Shown here: in pieces, positions 41,815 to 55,700 of the stretch
How positions within the stretch are numbered: the stretch's first letter is position 1
Layout: each line of letters opens with the position of its first letter
Assembly (NCBI GenBank): GCA_000165425.1
Contig: CT868529.1
Coordinates: 248,001 to 312,000 of the forward strand
Length of the DNA: 64,000 nt
DNA from: Paramecium tetraurelia
Taxonomy: Eukaryota
Direction of reading: 5' to 3'
The notes under the pieces: model-generated
Databases searched by the model: none
What the model saw: the letters and a program-made list of their open reading frames with translations, nothing else
What the model was told of the DNA's origin: nothing
Program-made: the position numbers and the translations under genes

Positions 41815-43470
41815 ATGTCTATGTGGATTACTTTAAAACAAAAGTTTTAACAACTCAGAATGAGAAATTAGATTTTTTTAATCAAAATCTTTGTGCTGCT
41901 TATTAGTTTTTTCTTTATTGGATGTTGTTATCTAGTTCAATAAAACATCATGTTAGAAATATATGAAGATTCCTCAAAGATTGTACTCCACAAACAAGAT
42001 AGAAAATCACTTATGCTTTTATTACCTTAATTGCATTATTATATAGTTTCAAAGTAACAATCAAGTATTATTTTATTAATTAACCAAGGAATTTAACTTT
42101 TATCTAGTATATCTACATTTTACTCATAACTTGACCAATTTACAATATCATCAAATTTTAAAAATTCACTACCATGTTAAACGATTGATTAAGTCAATTT
42201 TTTATTCAAGATCCCAGAACCTTGTTATACCTGCTTTCTTTGTGAGGGGGGCAATATCATTCCTGAACAAGTTTTATACAAAGATCTTGAAAAACTGGAA
42301 AGAATGCTTACTGAATTCATATTTTCTTTCAATACTTTATAAAAGAACAGAATTTTTTTTCTAGCCACAGGTAATATATCGTTTGGGTACATGTATCCCT
42401 AAGTAATTTTTAATTGGTCATATTAACCTGCAAAGGTTAATTGGTTTACGAATCATTTGGAACTAAGGCAGAAGAATCCTGATTAGAAGTATTTCTTCTC
42501 ATTGCTATACTTTTCTGGAACAGCCAAAATATATAAATAAACTATTTCTTATTCCTTGGAAAATAGGATAAATAATCACTTAGATGCTATTGCAGCAACT
42601 GATATGGATGCAGAAGACTGGAATATGAAATCAATTAAAGCAAACACTTATTTGCTTAATTAATATGGGGAAATTATTTACCGGAATGTGGATCTCAATC
42701 TATCAGTATTGGAACTCAACTTCATATACGAGGAAAATAAAACGGGTTTTAACTAGACAGATTGGAATTAAATTTAAAATTTGGCCAGAGGAGATAAAGT
42801 TTTTTCGAATTGCTACATGCAATAAACTCAGATACTATGTCGATACAATTCAATCTATAAAGAGCCCATTAAAATTGTTGCCAAGATAATTCCTGGCAAT
42901 TTTACTTTAATGATGTAAGCATAATTATAAATGTTTAGGTTTACTAATTCAAGCTTTGAGGCTAATTTGTAGAATTAATTTTTAATTATGGAACAAAATA
43001 TATATGAGTAACTAAAATAAGGTTTTAATATTCAGATTTTAAGTTTTTTAGCCATTATTTTTGTTTCAATGATAGTTGTTATACTAATGTTTCTGCCCAT
43101 CCTTAAAGTTATGTTATTGGCAAAATTATATATTAAGAGGATGGGCAATAATCTTGATAAAGAGATATTCAAAATAGCTAATAAGGCAAATAATAGTAAA
43201 GGTATATTTAATGAATTGCAAATTAAAATTATTAATTTTGGAGATATCATAGAAAAGAGCTAGTTATCAAAAAGTGATCTATGTAAAGATATTGAAAAAA
43301 TTTAATATCAAGAAAAATTCTATAAAAGAGAATAAAGTGAGTTTTTGGGATAAGTTCATCTTTAAAACCTATAGGATGATACATAACAAAGGATACCTCA
43401 GAAAGCAATCATTTAATTCATAACTTGTTTATTTAAATAAACAAGTTAATTCCATCATTCTTAAAAATGA
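41815..43470 (+). CDS. Two-TM membrane protein with a large extracellular Cache-like sensor domain
   Basis: TM1 IFLIKIFVLLISFFFIGCCYL; ectodomain with YP...YQPAKVNWF, DAIAATD, YLLNQYGEII, TGFNQTDW; TM2 ILSFLAIIFVSMIVVILMFLP; short cytosolic tail. The Cache assignment is by motif resemblance only. Confidence 0.65.
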
Positions 43471-44188
43471 GTCTTTTAATTGATTAATATTCAAATAATT
43501 TCGTTATTATAAATTTTGTTAAATAAGTATTAATAGATCTATAATTATGTAAGCAATATTTGACTAAAGACACATGCATTTTGTAAGAATTACTATTAAT
43601 TTATTTGGTTATACTATTATTATGCAATAATCAAATTAAATTTAATATTTTCGTTTGATCTCATTATAAATTCAATATAATTTAAAGTTTAACTATTAAT
43701 TAAACATTAATATTTAGTTATGTTATGTAAAAATGAAATATATATATCAAATTTTAAAGCACTAGATTTAATTTGTTCATAAAATTAATTGAGAATTCTA
43801 CGATAATAGATGGTGAGAATAAAAAATTTTATTAGTAGAATTGAGAATAAAAACTTCGATAATAATTTTTTTGTGATTGGATACATCAGAAAATACTGTG
43901 TTTTATTGATTGGATTGAAATATTATAAATCGTTTTACTACAATTGATCGATTCACTTTAACATTTTGATTAGAGTAATCAATAACACAGAACCCCAAAA
44001 ATCTAAATGCAACCTTCTCATCAAATTCACCTTTACAATTATGGATGAAATCTTCATTCTCCTGCATATTGAGATATTTTCAGTATTAAAATGACAAATG
44101 TATTTTAGAATATAATTTTAATATAAAAATTATAATAGATAATTATTACAATATAATCTTGCATTCTATTAATCTAATATAATGTATT

Positions 44189-45519
44189 TCATAATCTTGG
44201 TCTTTCTTATTGCTTTTAGGCTTCAATCTTTTCTAATATATCTGGATTGGCTGATTAATCGGCCCTAACTTTTCCATTTTTCTAATTGAATTTCTTATAC
44301 AATATCACTACACAGGCTCCACCTAAACCAATATTATGTTAAAGTGCATAATTAAGATTCTTGATTTATCTATCTTCAGCCATTCCTCTTAGCTACCAAC
44401 ATAGTTCTGCACATTAGGCTAATCCTGTTGCTCCCAAAGGATGACCCTTGGAAATTAAACCACCTGAAGGCTATGAATTTAGAATGAAGTTTTACATTAA
44501 CAACTACTCTACCCCCATATGTGTTGTCTCCTTTATCTATAAATTCTCCTGCTTTTCCAACACCACACAACCCTAGAGCTTCATATGTGATTAATTCATT
44601 AGCAGAGAAACAATCATGTAATTCAACAGCTCCTATTTATTTTGGATCTACTCCTGTCTTCTTATACACTTATTCAGCAGCTCTTCTACTCATATCATAT
44701 CCTGCCAAATTCATCAATGACTTTTGAGCAAATGTAGATTCATTATCAGTAGTTAATGCACATCCTACAATTTCTACAGCTTAATCTTGTAAATTATGTT
44801 CTAACATAAACTTTTCACTGCAAAGGATGGCTGCAGCTGCTCCATCAGATGTAGGACAACATTAAAGTTTAGTCAAAGGTCCATGAATTTTTGGCGATTT
44901 TATAATTTCTTCAAGAGTATATTTATCTCTAAACTGACTGTATGGGTTTCTTGTTGAATGTAAGTGATTCTTAAAAGCAATCTTGGCAAAATGCTCAGGC
45001 TTGGTTCCAAATTTCTACATATGCTCTACTCCTGCATTTCCAAATATTTTTGGTGCCCATGGACCTTTACTTTTCTCTGTCGACCATTCGTCTGTATAGT
45101 TTATTAATTTATCGACTGGTTATGTTCTATCTGGGAATTTCAAAGTTAAAGAACCTATCATCATCAATCAATTTACCTTTCTCCATCTTTTCAAAGCCTA
45201 AAGCAAGTGCACAATCGTAGAGTCCTCCAGTAATAAACTGTTGGGCTAAATGCAAGGCTGAGGAACCAGTTGAGCAATTGTTATTTACATTGTATATTGG
45301 TATACCAGTCATACCGACTTCATAGACGGCTCTCTATCCACATGTTGAATCTCCATAAACATATCCTACAGCAGCCATTTTAACATCTTTGAAGGTGAGT
45401 CCTGAATCATGAAGAGCTCTTCTTGTTGCTTAGGCTGCCATGATTGGATAATCTGGATTATCATCCTTTCCAGGTTTGATAAATTTCGTCATTCCAACTC
45501 CAATTACGAAAACACGCAT
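44189..45519 (-). CDS. SCP2/SCPx-type thiolase, no SCP2 domain, C-terminal PRL
   Basis: [66 protein letters not shown]; ends QERPRL-TGA. Confidence 0.93.
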
Positions 45520-45782
45520 TATTATTAATTAAAATAATATATAAAAATTTATTGATTGCAATACTAAATTCCCAATAAGACGTAATTTTATATTTAAGGT
45601 CTATTTGATAAATTAGGAACTCTATAGTTTATATTTAAATATTGGAAGTTAATCTTGATCTTTACCATCATATCAATATCATAAAATACATTTTTTTACA
45701 AAAACATTACAATAAATTAAACAAAATATATTTTTTTTTCAGTCCAATTGACAAACGTTTTGAATTTTAAATTAATAAATAA

Positions 45783-48645
45783 ATGAATAACTAGCCATCC
45801 AGATAACTATAAGATACATTTATTCCCTAATCCATAATTGATCGAATGGCAATTGAAAAATGGATAAATGAGATATTAAAAGTATCAGGTGGTAATGGCA
45901 AATACACCAATTTGAGATAATTAGGACTTGATAGAAATTCTCTAAAGGTAGTTAAGTTTGATTATCATTTTCACTGTAGAGTGCCGGATTAAAGGATGAA
46001 GATGTCAACAGAATTTATCGAAGCATGTTTGTTTATACAGTAGGATTCTATGAAATGCTTAAAGACATACTTAAAAATTATGAATTAACAGCAATGATTT
46101 GGTAGGTATTCGGCATACTTTTGGAATATGTTGCAAAAGGGGATTTTTAATTCACGATTAATCAAATTTATAAAGAAGGTTAATAAAAAATAGAAGAGCT
46201 CAATGAAAGGTTGATGCAAAGAGAACAGAAATTTATGTCTATAGAAATTTAGGCCTAAGATGAGATAAATCATTTGCAAAATCTAATATAAGATCTAAAT
46301 AATTAGTATAATTTATTGAAATAACAAAAAGAAAATGTTGAATTGGACTTTCAATAATCTAATATCGCATTTGAGGATGCAGTAACTCTAAAAATTCTGT
46401 TCTAATCTAAAATTATTGAAATTGCATCCATCTACAGAGAATAAGCATAAAATTATTCTTAATTATCTGAAGAACTCAATGAATTGAAAATATTGTATGA
46501 TAAAAATAATGATGATTTGATAATGTCTAAAAAACAAGTAGAGTCTATGATGGCTGAGATAAATATGAGAGATAATTCAATTACTCATTTAAATTAAACA
46601 ATAGAAAATTAATTAAGATTATTGGATGAAAAATAGAAAAAAATTTAAACCTTAGAATTAAATATTACTCAATTACGAAAAGATTATGTATTTAATAAAA
46701 ATACTTATATTGATTATGAATATTAATTCAATTTACTCAATATGCAATTTTCAAAATATAAAGAAGAAAACATACAAAAGTATTTATGATCAGTAATTGT
46801 AGATTATAAGAATTTTAGATATTTTAAATCACTTATGGAGATACTTTAGAATTGAATAAGAAATTAGCAAATGAGAATTAAGTAATCAGACAAGAAACTT
46901 CTAAGTTGCAGAATGAAAATAAATATCTAAAAATTGTAACAGATGAATTAGAAAATTTAGAGTAAGGTTACAAATCCAGTATTTTGTAATTGTAACAAGA
47001 TACTAGAAATTTAATTGAAGAATACGAAGATAAAATTAAGAAATTTCAAATTACTTAAGTAGAATATTAATTTGGAATATAAAGAATTTAAGTCTAATAA
47101 GATGAAATTTTGGCTTTCAATTAAAATCTATAATAAATGAAAATTAATAAAAATCATTTGAATGAAATAATTTTTTAGAACTAAGCCTAAATTTAGTAAC
47201 TTTAAAGTGGATTAGAAGAAAAAGAACAAACTATTCAAGAGTTAGAAAAGTCTCAAAGTAAATTAAAATAGGATGAAATTTCTTATTAAAAATAAATAGA
47301 ATAATTACGAAATACAATAAATTCATAGAATTTCGTGATAATTGAAGAAAGGGAAGAATTTGAAAAGCTTAAAAATCAATTCCAATCTTAATTATTAGAA
47401 TTAAGAAAGGTTAAGTCTTTATATAATGATTAAGTTTTGGAGAATCATCATTTAGTTAAAAGATAAAAATATACTGATAATGCCATCAACGATGAAAAAA
47501 ATAAAATAATTGAATTAGTTAATGAAATCACTTTTATTCGAGCTAAGCATGCTGATTTTTTATAAGTGTATAAAGCACTTGAAATAAAGTTTGATGAATT
47601 CAAGATTTAAATGAATAAGGATATATAATTGCAAAAAGATTAATATACTGACTCATTGAATTATTATAAAAATATGTAAAAGGAAATGGTTCATAAAATG
47701 ATACTTGAAGATGCGTTAAGTTTAATTGATAGAACTAATTAATAACCGATTAACTTAAATTAATCATAAAAGCACGTAGAAGAGTAAAGGAATTTGTTGA
47801 AAAATAAAAATTTAGAATTACATAAAGAAATTGATGAGCTAAACACCAATTTAAAGCAATAAATCAATTTAATCTAAAAGTTATAGTCAGATTAGAATAA
47901 TACTTCCAATAGGTTAAAGATAGTAAAGTTCAAGTAATTAGTTTATTTTGTCAGTCTAAAGGAAGTAACAGAAGAGCTGAAATTAAAAACTGACTCTTTA
48001 ATCTAAATTCAAAACAGTAATGAAGATTTGAAAATCGAATTGAAAAGGTTAAAGGAAGAGACCATTAATTAAAAATAGCTAATAAGTAGATAGATAATAT
48101 CTTCGTAGGGCTAATTTGAATAAATAGAGGATTAGGCTTCAACAAATGATTTTTAAGATTTTAGATCTACTAAACTGTAGATAAATCAAGATTCATCTAA
48201 TGATTGTTAGGGATATTTTAATTCTTAAATTATGTAATAAAATGAAATTAAAAACTCCTAAAATTAAATGGAAAAAAAAGTTAAAAGATTCTCACAAAAA
48301 CAGGAACAATAAAAGTTTAAATTGAAATAACTGTTCAAAACTGTTAATTTATTAGAATAATAAGGAGATAATCAGAGCCAGTCTAGAAATTTATAGGATT
48401 TTTAAATTCAGGATAGTTTTCGTGACAGTACTTTTGAAAAATATAAAATTTAAAATAGTTCTTTCTCACAATCTCGCAGCATTAGCATAAGTTAAGCAAA
48501 TGAAAGTTAAAGGGATAACCAATCCAAAAGAAAAATGGATTTTAAGGTAAGAAACAAAAATAATACTTTGATAAAAAATGGAAAGATGAATTCAAAGTAA
48601 TTTGGTCAACTATTTTAAATCACTAGATCTCGTAATCAATCTTGA
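45783..48645 (+). CDS. Large coiled-coil protein with a globular N-terminal domain
   Basis: N-terminal LGLDRNSLKSAGLKDEDVNRIYRSMFVYTVGFYEML...WQVFGILLEY, then ~800 aa of heptad-rich Q/E/K sequence. Confidence 0.8.
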
Positions 48646-49184
48646 ATTTTATTAAAATATTATGATATATCATCAATTACAAATTCTTTGTCAAATTCCT
48701 TCTTTTTCAGTTATCTGACCTTTGGTTTTTTTCCAACTAGTGGAGGTGCTTTTTATTTAAATGACTTAATAATCTCTTGTTATTCTTCAAAACTAAACGA
48801 TTTGTTGAATAGTTTTTATTCTTTAGTTAAATTGAATGTTCTTAAGGTTCCACACAACAAAGCATCAAATTTTTAATTCCAATTATAGATATAAGGATTT
48901 CTTTCTTTTTCATTGGTTTAAGTGAAGATTTAGGTAACACAGAGTTAATTTTTAGGACTGGAAGAAATTATTGGGAGATCTAATAATCGAGCCTAGAATG
49001 ATTGATTTTATTTTTTTGGTGTTAAATATCGAGGTTTGCTTTCCTTTTTGCTAAGTTGAACTTATTTTTTAATGTATTTATCTTATTGAATTGCCAATGA
49101 TGCGTTTCGAGGTTTATGCCTTTAAGAAAACATCAGAATAATTGATTTTCTCGTGCTCCTTTTCTAATCAGATTAATCTTACAT
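48636..49184 (-). CDS. Hypothetical protein (~180 aa); start uncertain
   Basis: Open frame MQDQSDQKRSTRKSIILMFSQRHKPRN...PPLVGKKPKVR...FNKIQD-TGA; the frame is also open upstream to ATGs at 49301/49304. Confidence 0.65.
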
Positions 49185-49411
49185 TTTCTGAATCTATTTA
49201 TAATTTAGATAGTCTAATAAAACTTTTATTAATAAATAATTTAGATCACTCTGAATTAAAGTGATCACAAAGAGGGAGAGTTCAAAGTTCAGAAATAACA
49301 TCATGGGGGAAATATAATATTCAAGTTTATCTAAATCCCACTGGACTTGATAATGAATCAATTTTATAAAGTCCAATTAAAAATATATAAAATATATCCG
49401 TTAATATATTA

Positions 49412-50736
49412 ATGTTAAGACAACGATCAACTTCAAAGGGTAAGCATTTTGATAGGTATGAGTATCTTAGTATGTCAGATTAGTTCCAGAGAAAGTCAAT
49501 TTAAGTGATTATCAAATTCACATGGTGGAGGATTAGAAAAATGAATCATTAAAAGAACTTGATCTTAATGAATAATTGAGAGTTGAAAACAGCTAAGCCA
49601 AATACAATAGTTTATTGAAACAAAAATTAATGGAAAACAAATCTTAATCGAGTTTATTTGTCTATCAAAGACAGCCATCCAAATATAAACCTTATATTTT
49701 TGAGAATGAATGCCCGTCTCCTGTTAGAAAAATAAACAAGGCACCCTATAAGATTCTGGATGCTCCAAAATTGAAGGATGATTTCTATTACCAACTAGTT
49801 GATTGGAGTATGAGCAATTAGATAGGAGTTGGTCTTGGTAATTCAGTCTATACTTGGAATGCATTAACAAATGAAACAACATAATTATTGGAAATTGAAG
49901 CTCCTGTTTGTGTTAGTTGTATTAAATGGTGTGATAGAAGCGAGATCATAGCAATAGGAGATGATACTGGTGCAGTCAGAATTTATGATATTGTCAAGGC
50001 TAAGATATTAAAAACATATGAGAATCATAATTTGAGAGTAGGCTGTTTAGATTGGAATGGTTGCAATATAACAAGTGGGAGTAGAGACAAGAGTATATTG
50101 TTTTAAGATATCAGAACTAATAACGATTATGAATTGTCATTTCAAAGTCATAAACAAGAAGTTTGTGGATTGCAATGGAGTCCAAATGAGCAATTTTTGG
50201 CTTCAGGAGGCAATGATAATAATGTCATGATACAATCAATTAAAATGCCAAATTAATCAATGTATGTTTTGAAAGATCACATCGCAGCAGTCAAGGCTCT
50301 GGCATGGTCACCTCATTAACCTAATATTCTATGTAGTGGAGGTGGAACAACAGATAAATGTTTAAAATTCTGGAATACTTCAAATGGGCAACTCTAAAAT
50401 AGTGTAGACACTGGTAGTTAAATCTGTAATATGAAATGGTCGACCAACACCAATGAATTAGTTACTTCACATGGGTATATATACATCATAAATCTCTATA
50501 GTTATTCTCTTAATTAAGTTGCTGTTTGGAAAATGCCAAAGATTGAAAGAATTGCTACTTTGTATGGTCATTCTTTTAGAGTTCTGTATTTATCATTAAG
50601 TCCTGATGGAGAAAATATAGTAACAGGAAGTGGTGATGAAACTCTTAGATTTTGGAAGTTATTTCCTTCAAAAAATAAACATTCAAATCTTGTTAATCAA
50701 TCTAAACTGGATTCTATCAGATTGGATATTCGATGA
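49412..50736 (+). CDS. APC/C co-activator, CDC20/CDH1 (fizzy-related) WD40 protein
   Basis: C-box-like DRLVP, YKILDAPKLKDDFYYQLVDWS, HKQEVCGLQWS, ASGGNDN, GGGTTDKCLKFWN, GHSFRVLYL, GDETLRFW, terminal IR tail. Confidence 0.95.
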
Positions 50737-50800
50737 TGATAATTAAGTAATCCTTTCTCATTATAATCAATTACTACTTATTAATATATAAATTTATTCT

Positions 50801-52737
50801 ATGAATTCAATTTCTACAAATAATTTGCGCATATTTATTCAATCTTAGATAAGGAATAAATTTGTGGAATAATCATAGATGAAATAGAAGATGAATTGGA
50901 ACTTAAGTTTGGAAGATAAACTTTAAATATCAATTATTATACATTTTGTTAATAATTCTGTTTGTATTGGTCATTCATTTTCACAATTTTAGATAATACT
51001 ATAATTGAGTTATTGACCTCTTTAATAATCTTAAATAACATGAATTGAATGATATAAAGGCTGAAAATCGTAAAATATCAATTTAATTATAGACTAAATT
51101 AGAGAGACTATTAAGATTACGTTTTTGGAGAATGAAACTATTGAATGGATTATAAAAGATACGTTTTCCAATACAATCTAAGAAAGAACTATAAAAGAAA
51201 AGGACGTTTTTTGGTTATGAAAGAGATTCTCATAATTGCAAAGAAATGATATATTTATAAATAAATAGATTCTAAATAAAATGAAATGCATTCTTTCAAA
51301 GATTTAGGCATCACTGATACAGGAAATGATTAGTTATAATGCAATTAATATCAGAAGAATATAATTAAAGTTTGTTTTTAATTTATTTTATGTATAAATT
51401 TTAAGCTGGTTGTGATCAATTGTAATTGTGGCAGTCATATCTATAAAGTCACAACTCAACTCATAGGGAGATTATATTTTATTAGTTATTTAAAGAAGTT
51501 CAAGCTAGACTCAAGAGTGAGTGCAGAGTTGAAAAATGAATGGGTAAGTTGAAATTTTATTCAAAAACATAAAGACTTGAGGTACTAAGTTCATATGATT
51601 TTTAATCAATTAGAACATGATATTAAGTAATATTTGATTGAAAAAATAAATGTAACTAAAATTACCAAACTTTAATAAATATTAATGAATACAATTATAT
51701 TCAACACATCTTAATCCAAGAATCTTTTTTGATGGGTAGCTCTAACTATCATATATGAAAGATACCATATTAACAAAATTGATAATAGTCAATGAAAGAC
51801 TCAAACAGTAAATAGATAAATTAAGAAATGATACTGAACATCTATTTAAGATCAAAACTCGTAAAGCTAATGAACATTAAATAGATTCGGTTAAGGTTAT
51901 TAACTACTATTAATGGGTATGAAAATGTAATAAGATGTGTGATCAAACTAAACAATGGAGATTATGCAACATCATCTAGATATAAAACTATTAAGATTTG
52001 GAATTAGAACAATTTTGAATGTGTGCAAACACTGAGAGATCACATTAATTGAGTCTAAGATCTTACACGAATACTTGATAATAAAATTGCTAGTTGTTCA
52101 GATGAGAAGAATATTAAGATCTATACTCAAATTACGTAAGGTCAGTCAGATAATAGATTTTAATGTTCTCTTTGGGAATTAGGCAACACCTTAAGAGGAC
52201 ACGAATCCTATGTAGTTAGAATTGTATCTAATGATTAATTTAATAATCTTATCACTTCTTCTAACATCCCAAAAAGTGCTCTAACAGTTTTATATGGACA
52301 TGATAATTGTTATTATACCATAGCCACCGAAAAGAATTTCAGAGTTTCAGGAGATTAGGGGGGTTATTAAATAGAATGGTCACTCAGCCATATGGAAATT
52401 GAAAATAAACAAAAGAAATAAAAGAAACATTTTGATGGCAAAGTTATCATCTGAGATATTAACCTTTAATTTATTTATGTTATTGTAAAATTTAAAGTGA
52501 TAATTCTTAGTAATTAAAAAGAGCAGAATTGGAGTTATTATAATTTATTAATGATGAACTAATTGTGGGGGGAGACGAATATGGATATATCTATAATTCA
52601 TTAATCCTATCCTAGGAGAAGTGATTTCAGAGATCCTTGTTCATAATGATAGTATTTCCAAAATTAAGTATTACGATGGAATCCTATGCACAGCCAGTTC
52701 AGATTTGCCTATCAAGTTATTCAAGTTTAATATTTGA
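50801..52737 (+). pseudogene. Degenerate WD40-repeat gene
   Basis: Recognisable WD40 repeats (KTIKIWN, LRGHESYV, LYGHDN, ASSDLPIKLF), interrupted by in-frame TGA at 52050-52052 and 52452-52454, frameshifts, and apparent internal deletions. 5' boundary approximate. Confidence 0.75.
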
Positions 52738-52759
52738 ATTATATATCCACAAATAATTT

Positions 52760-55700
52760 ATGCTTAAATTTAAGAGGGTGTATCACTTCTCCAAATGGCC
52801 CATTGTCGATCTTCTCGACTACAATCACTAGATAAATTTGCTAAAATCACAACCTGCAAAACCTTATATACCAGAGCTTCTAGGACCCAATTATGAGAAA
52901 TACTAGCACACATCCATTTAATTCGACTATGTCTCTCATAACTAGGAGCCATCCGAGATTTAAGTTCTCTCATCTGCCCACCCTGAGTTTAAGTAAGCTG
53001 ATAGGATATTTTCAACTTTCGACCAACTCAAATACGTAAGAGAAACTGAATCCTTGAAACATTAAAAATTTGCTCTTAAAGAAATCGAAGAAGATGATGT
53101 TTTTACAGTTGATGCCATGCAATCCTACAAACCTAAATTGACTTGCGACAATCTTACAGAAAATTAATTATTGCTCATCAATCTTCCCATTAATGTTACC
53201 ATCTAAGAAGTATAAGACTTTGTTTAATCCAAAACCAATTAACAAGTCTAAGTAGAACTTCACACCTGTTCCCTCAATATTAATGCTTATGCCACTCTCA
53301 CTTTTTAAAACTAAGCTGAATAATACAAATCATAACTACATCTTACAAAATTCAATGGAATATTATAAGAGTGCAGATCCCTTGAAAATACAGCAGAAGA
53401 ATCGCCATTCAATAGAACCCTTGTGATTACCAATATTAATAAAACTCTCTCCCTTTAAGAAGTATTACACACTGTTGGCTAATATGGAAGAGTTCTCAAT
53501 GCTGTGATTCCTTTGGAAGTCTAAAATGTTGATCTTCCCCTCTATGAGGATATCATCCAAACCCTAGTTGATCCTTGTAAAATAGAAATCCTCAATGTAC
53601 AAACTGGGTTAACAGAAATTGAATTCTATCCTAATCTTGAATAATTTGAATAGCTTTACAAAAATTGTAATTATCATTTACTTATTCCATAGTCCCTGAA
53701 TATTACGATCCTAAACTTGAATTAACCTTATTCGAGTATCAATAATAAAAAGACCAAAAATAAGATTAATTCAGACTATTCAGATTGCTTAATCAAAAAA
53801 CTGTTAAATGTTTGAAGGTCCCAAGTCACCTTAAAGAAAATTATAAGAAATTGTGGGTTCCTTAAATCAATGTGGAAACTCCTAAGGATAATCTTCAATA
53901 CTAATTATATGCTAAAACTTATAAAAATAGAGGTTACTGTGTATGCACATTTTCAAGTAAGGCCATGGCTCAAAGAGCTTTATTTGCTATTAATGCAGAA
54001 GGCACTCATGATTTAGCAGTCTTGTCATTGCCTTTATTGAATACTCCTAAATTCTATCCTGAGATTACATCCCATAGCAATCAAGAAAAGTATGGTGGCA
54101 AATTCAGAATAGAGAATTTGGCATATCCAAAATTAAGAGCTATGAAATCATGGGAAGATTTAGAATTATATCAGATTGATTTGATCTACAATCTCAAATA
54201 ACTAGAAAGAATTAGAACATAAATTTCTTAAGTCAGAGATTAGACAATTGAGGCTATTTAGACCAATTATGATACTTATTAAAAGGATTTGGAAGAGAAG
54301 AAAGAAAAAGTAAAGTAAAAGGCCTATTCTGAATTAAATAAAAGTGATGAATATAAGAATTTTGTTGAAAAGAATAGTTTTGCTGAATCTTTAGATTCTT
54401 TTGAAGACAGTGTAGCAGTTGTTAAAGATACTAAACCTGGAAGAAAATTTAATTTTTCTATTCACAACGAACAATATAAAAATTATGTTGAAGCAATTAA
54501 AGACAGAGCAAAGGATGTTAAATTGAAAGAAAAAGAGTATGCAGATAAATTAGTCAAAAAATATTAAACTATATTTATAAGTGATTCTATATAAAGAAAG
54601 TTAGAGAAGAATGTTGAAAAGTCAGATGACACATTGTTGTCATTACTTTAAGCAAGAGTACTAGGTGGCTATGCAAAAAAGGAGAGAAAAATGAAAAAGA
54701 GGCTTACTAGAGGTTCTAGGTTGGTGAGTACAGCTGCTATGTATGCTGCAGATTCAGAGATGCAATTTAAAAGAATTGGAGAATTATTTTCAGAAATCCA
54801 GAAAAAAGGTAAGTATGTAATAAATGAAGCGAATAGAGATTCAAAAGAGGCTTAAGCAAAATTAGCATAGAAAATAGCATTGAGAAGGCAAAGAAAATTC
54901 AAACGTCGCTTTAGTAGTACTATTTTGAACCCATTTTATTTAAAGAAATTAGCTCTGCAAAAACATGAAGAATTTTTGGAGTATATTAAAAAAATGTTAT
55001 TGGGAGATGAATCATAAAATGAAAGTTTAATTGCTATCCATCCATTGAATCACAAAGATTAATTAAAGGTTAGTTTGGCTCTTGCAAAGGACGATTTGGG
55101 AAATGAATTCTTGAATGACAAAATCATCAATTATGTAAGAGAATTCGATATTACTGATGATACTCGTGATTTGATTAGATAATAAGAAGCTAATAGAAAA
55201 CACTTAATGAGTCAGATCACAAAAGATTAGATTGCAAGAATCAAAGAGTTTTCAAAATAATCTTACACACAAAAATTAATATCATTAGATAAACATGGAA
55301 TTACTACAGAAACTTTTGAAGTTACTGATAATGAAGTGGATATTAATCAAATGGTTAAAGATTTGAATACTTTTGTTGCTGTTGGATCTGAAAAATATGA
55401 TTTTGTTGTTGATAAATTAACTAAGAAAAGATACATTATAAAGAGTGAAAAACCATTTGTTAAATATGATTTAGATGCATTTTCAATTAAAGATTTAGGA
55501 GTTCATAACTTAGAAAAGGAGGTATAATAAAAATGTTATTTTTATAGTTTGTAGATCTCTTGTCAAAGAATGGCATTTAAAGTGATAAGGCTATTGAAAT
55601 GCTTAAAGCCTTGGAGAATGATGGTTAGATTTCAGAGGAGATTTTGGATTTAATTGATAAATTGCCTGAAAATACAGAAACAGATTATGAGAAAATATAC

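Noticed and set aside
43785..43865. Three degenerate TGAGAAT(AAAAA) copies
   Set aside because: Short, irregular and AT-rich; no CRISPR-like or satellite periodicity.
52050..52454. UGA-to-Trp or selenocysteine recoding
   Set aside because: The same gene uses TGG for Trp and has frameshifts and deletions; all intact genes here end in TGA.
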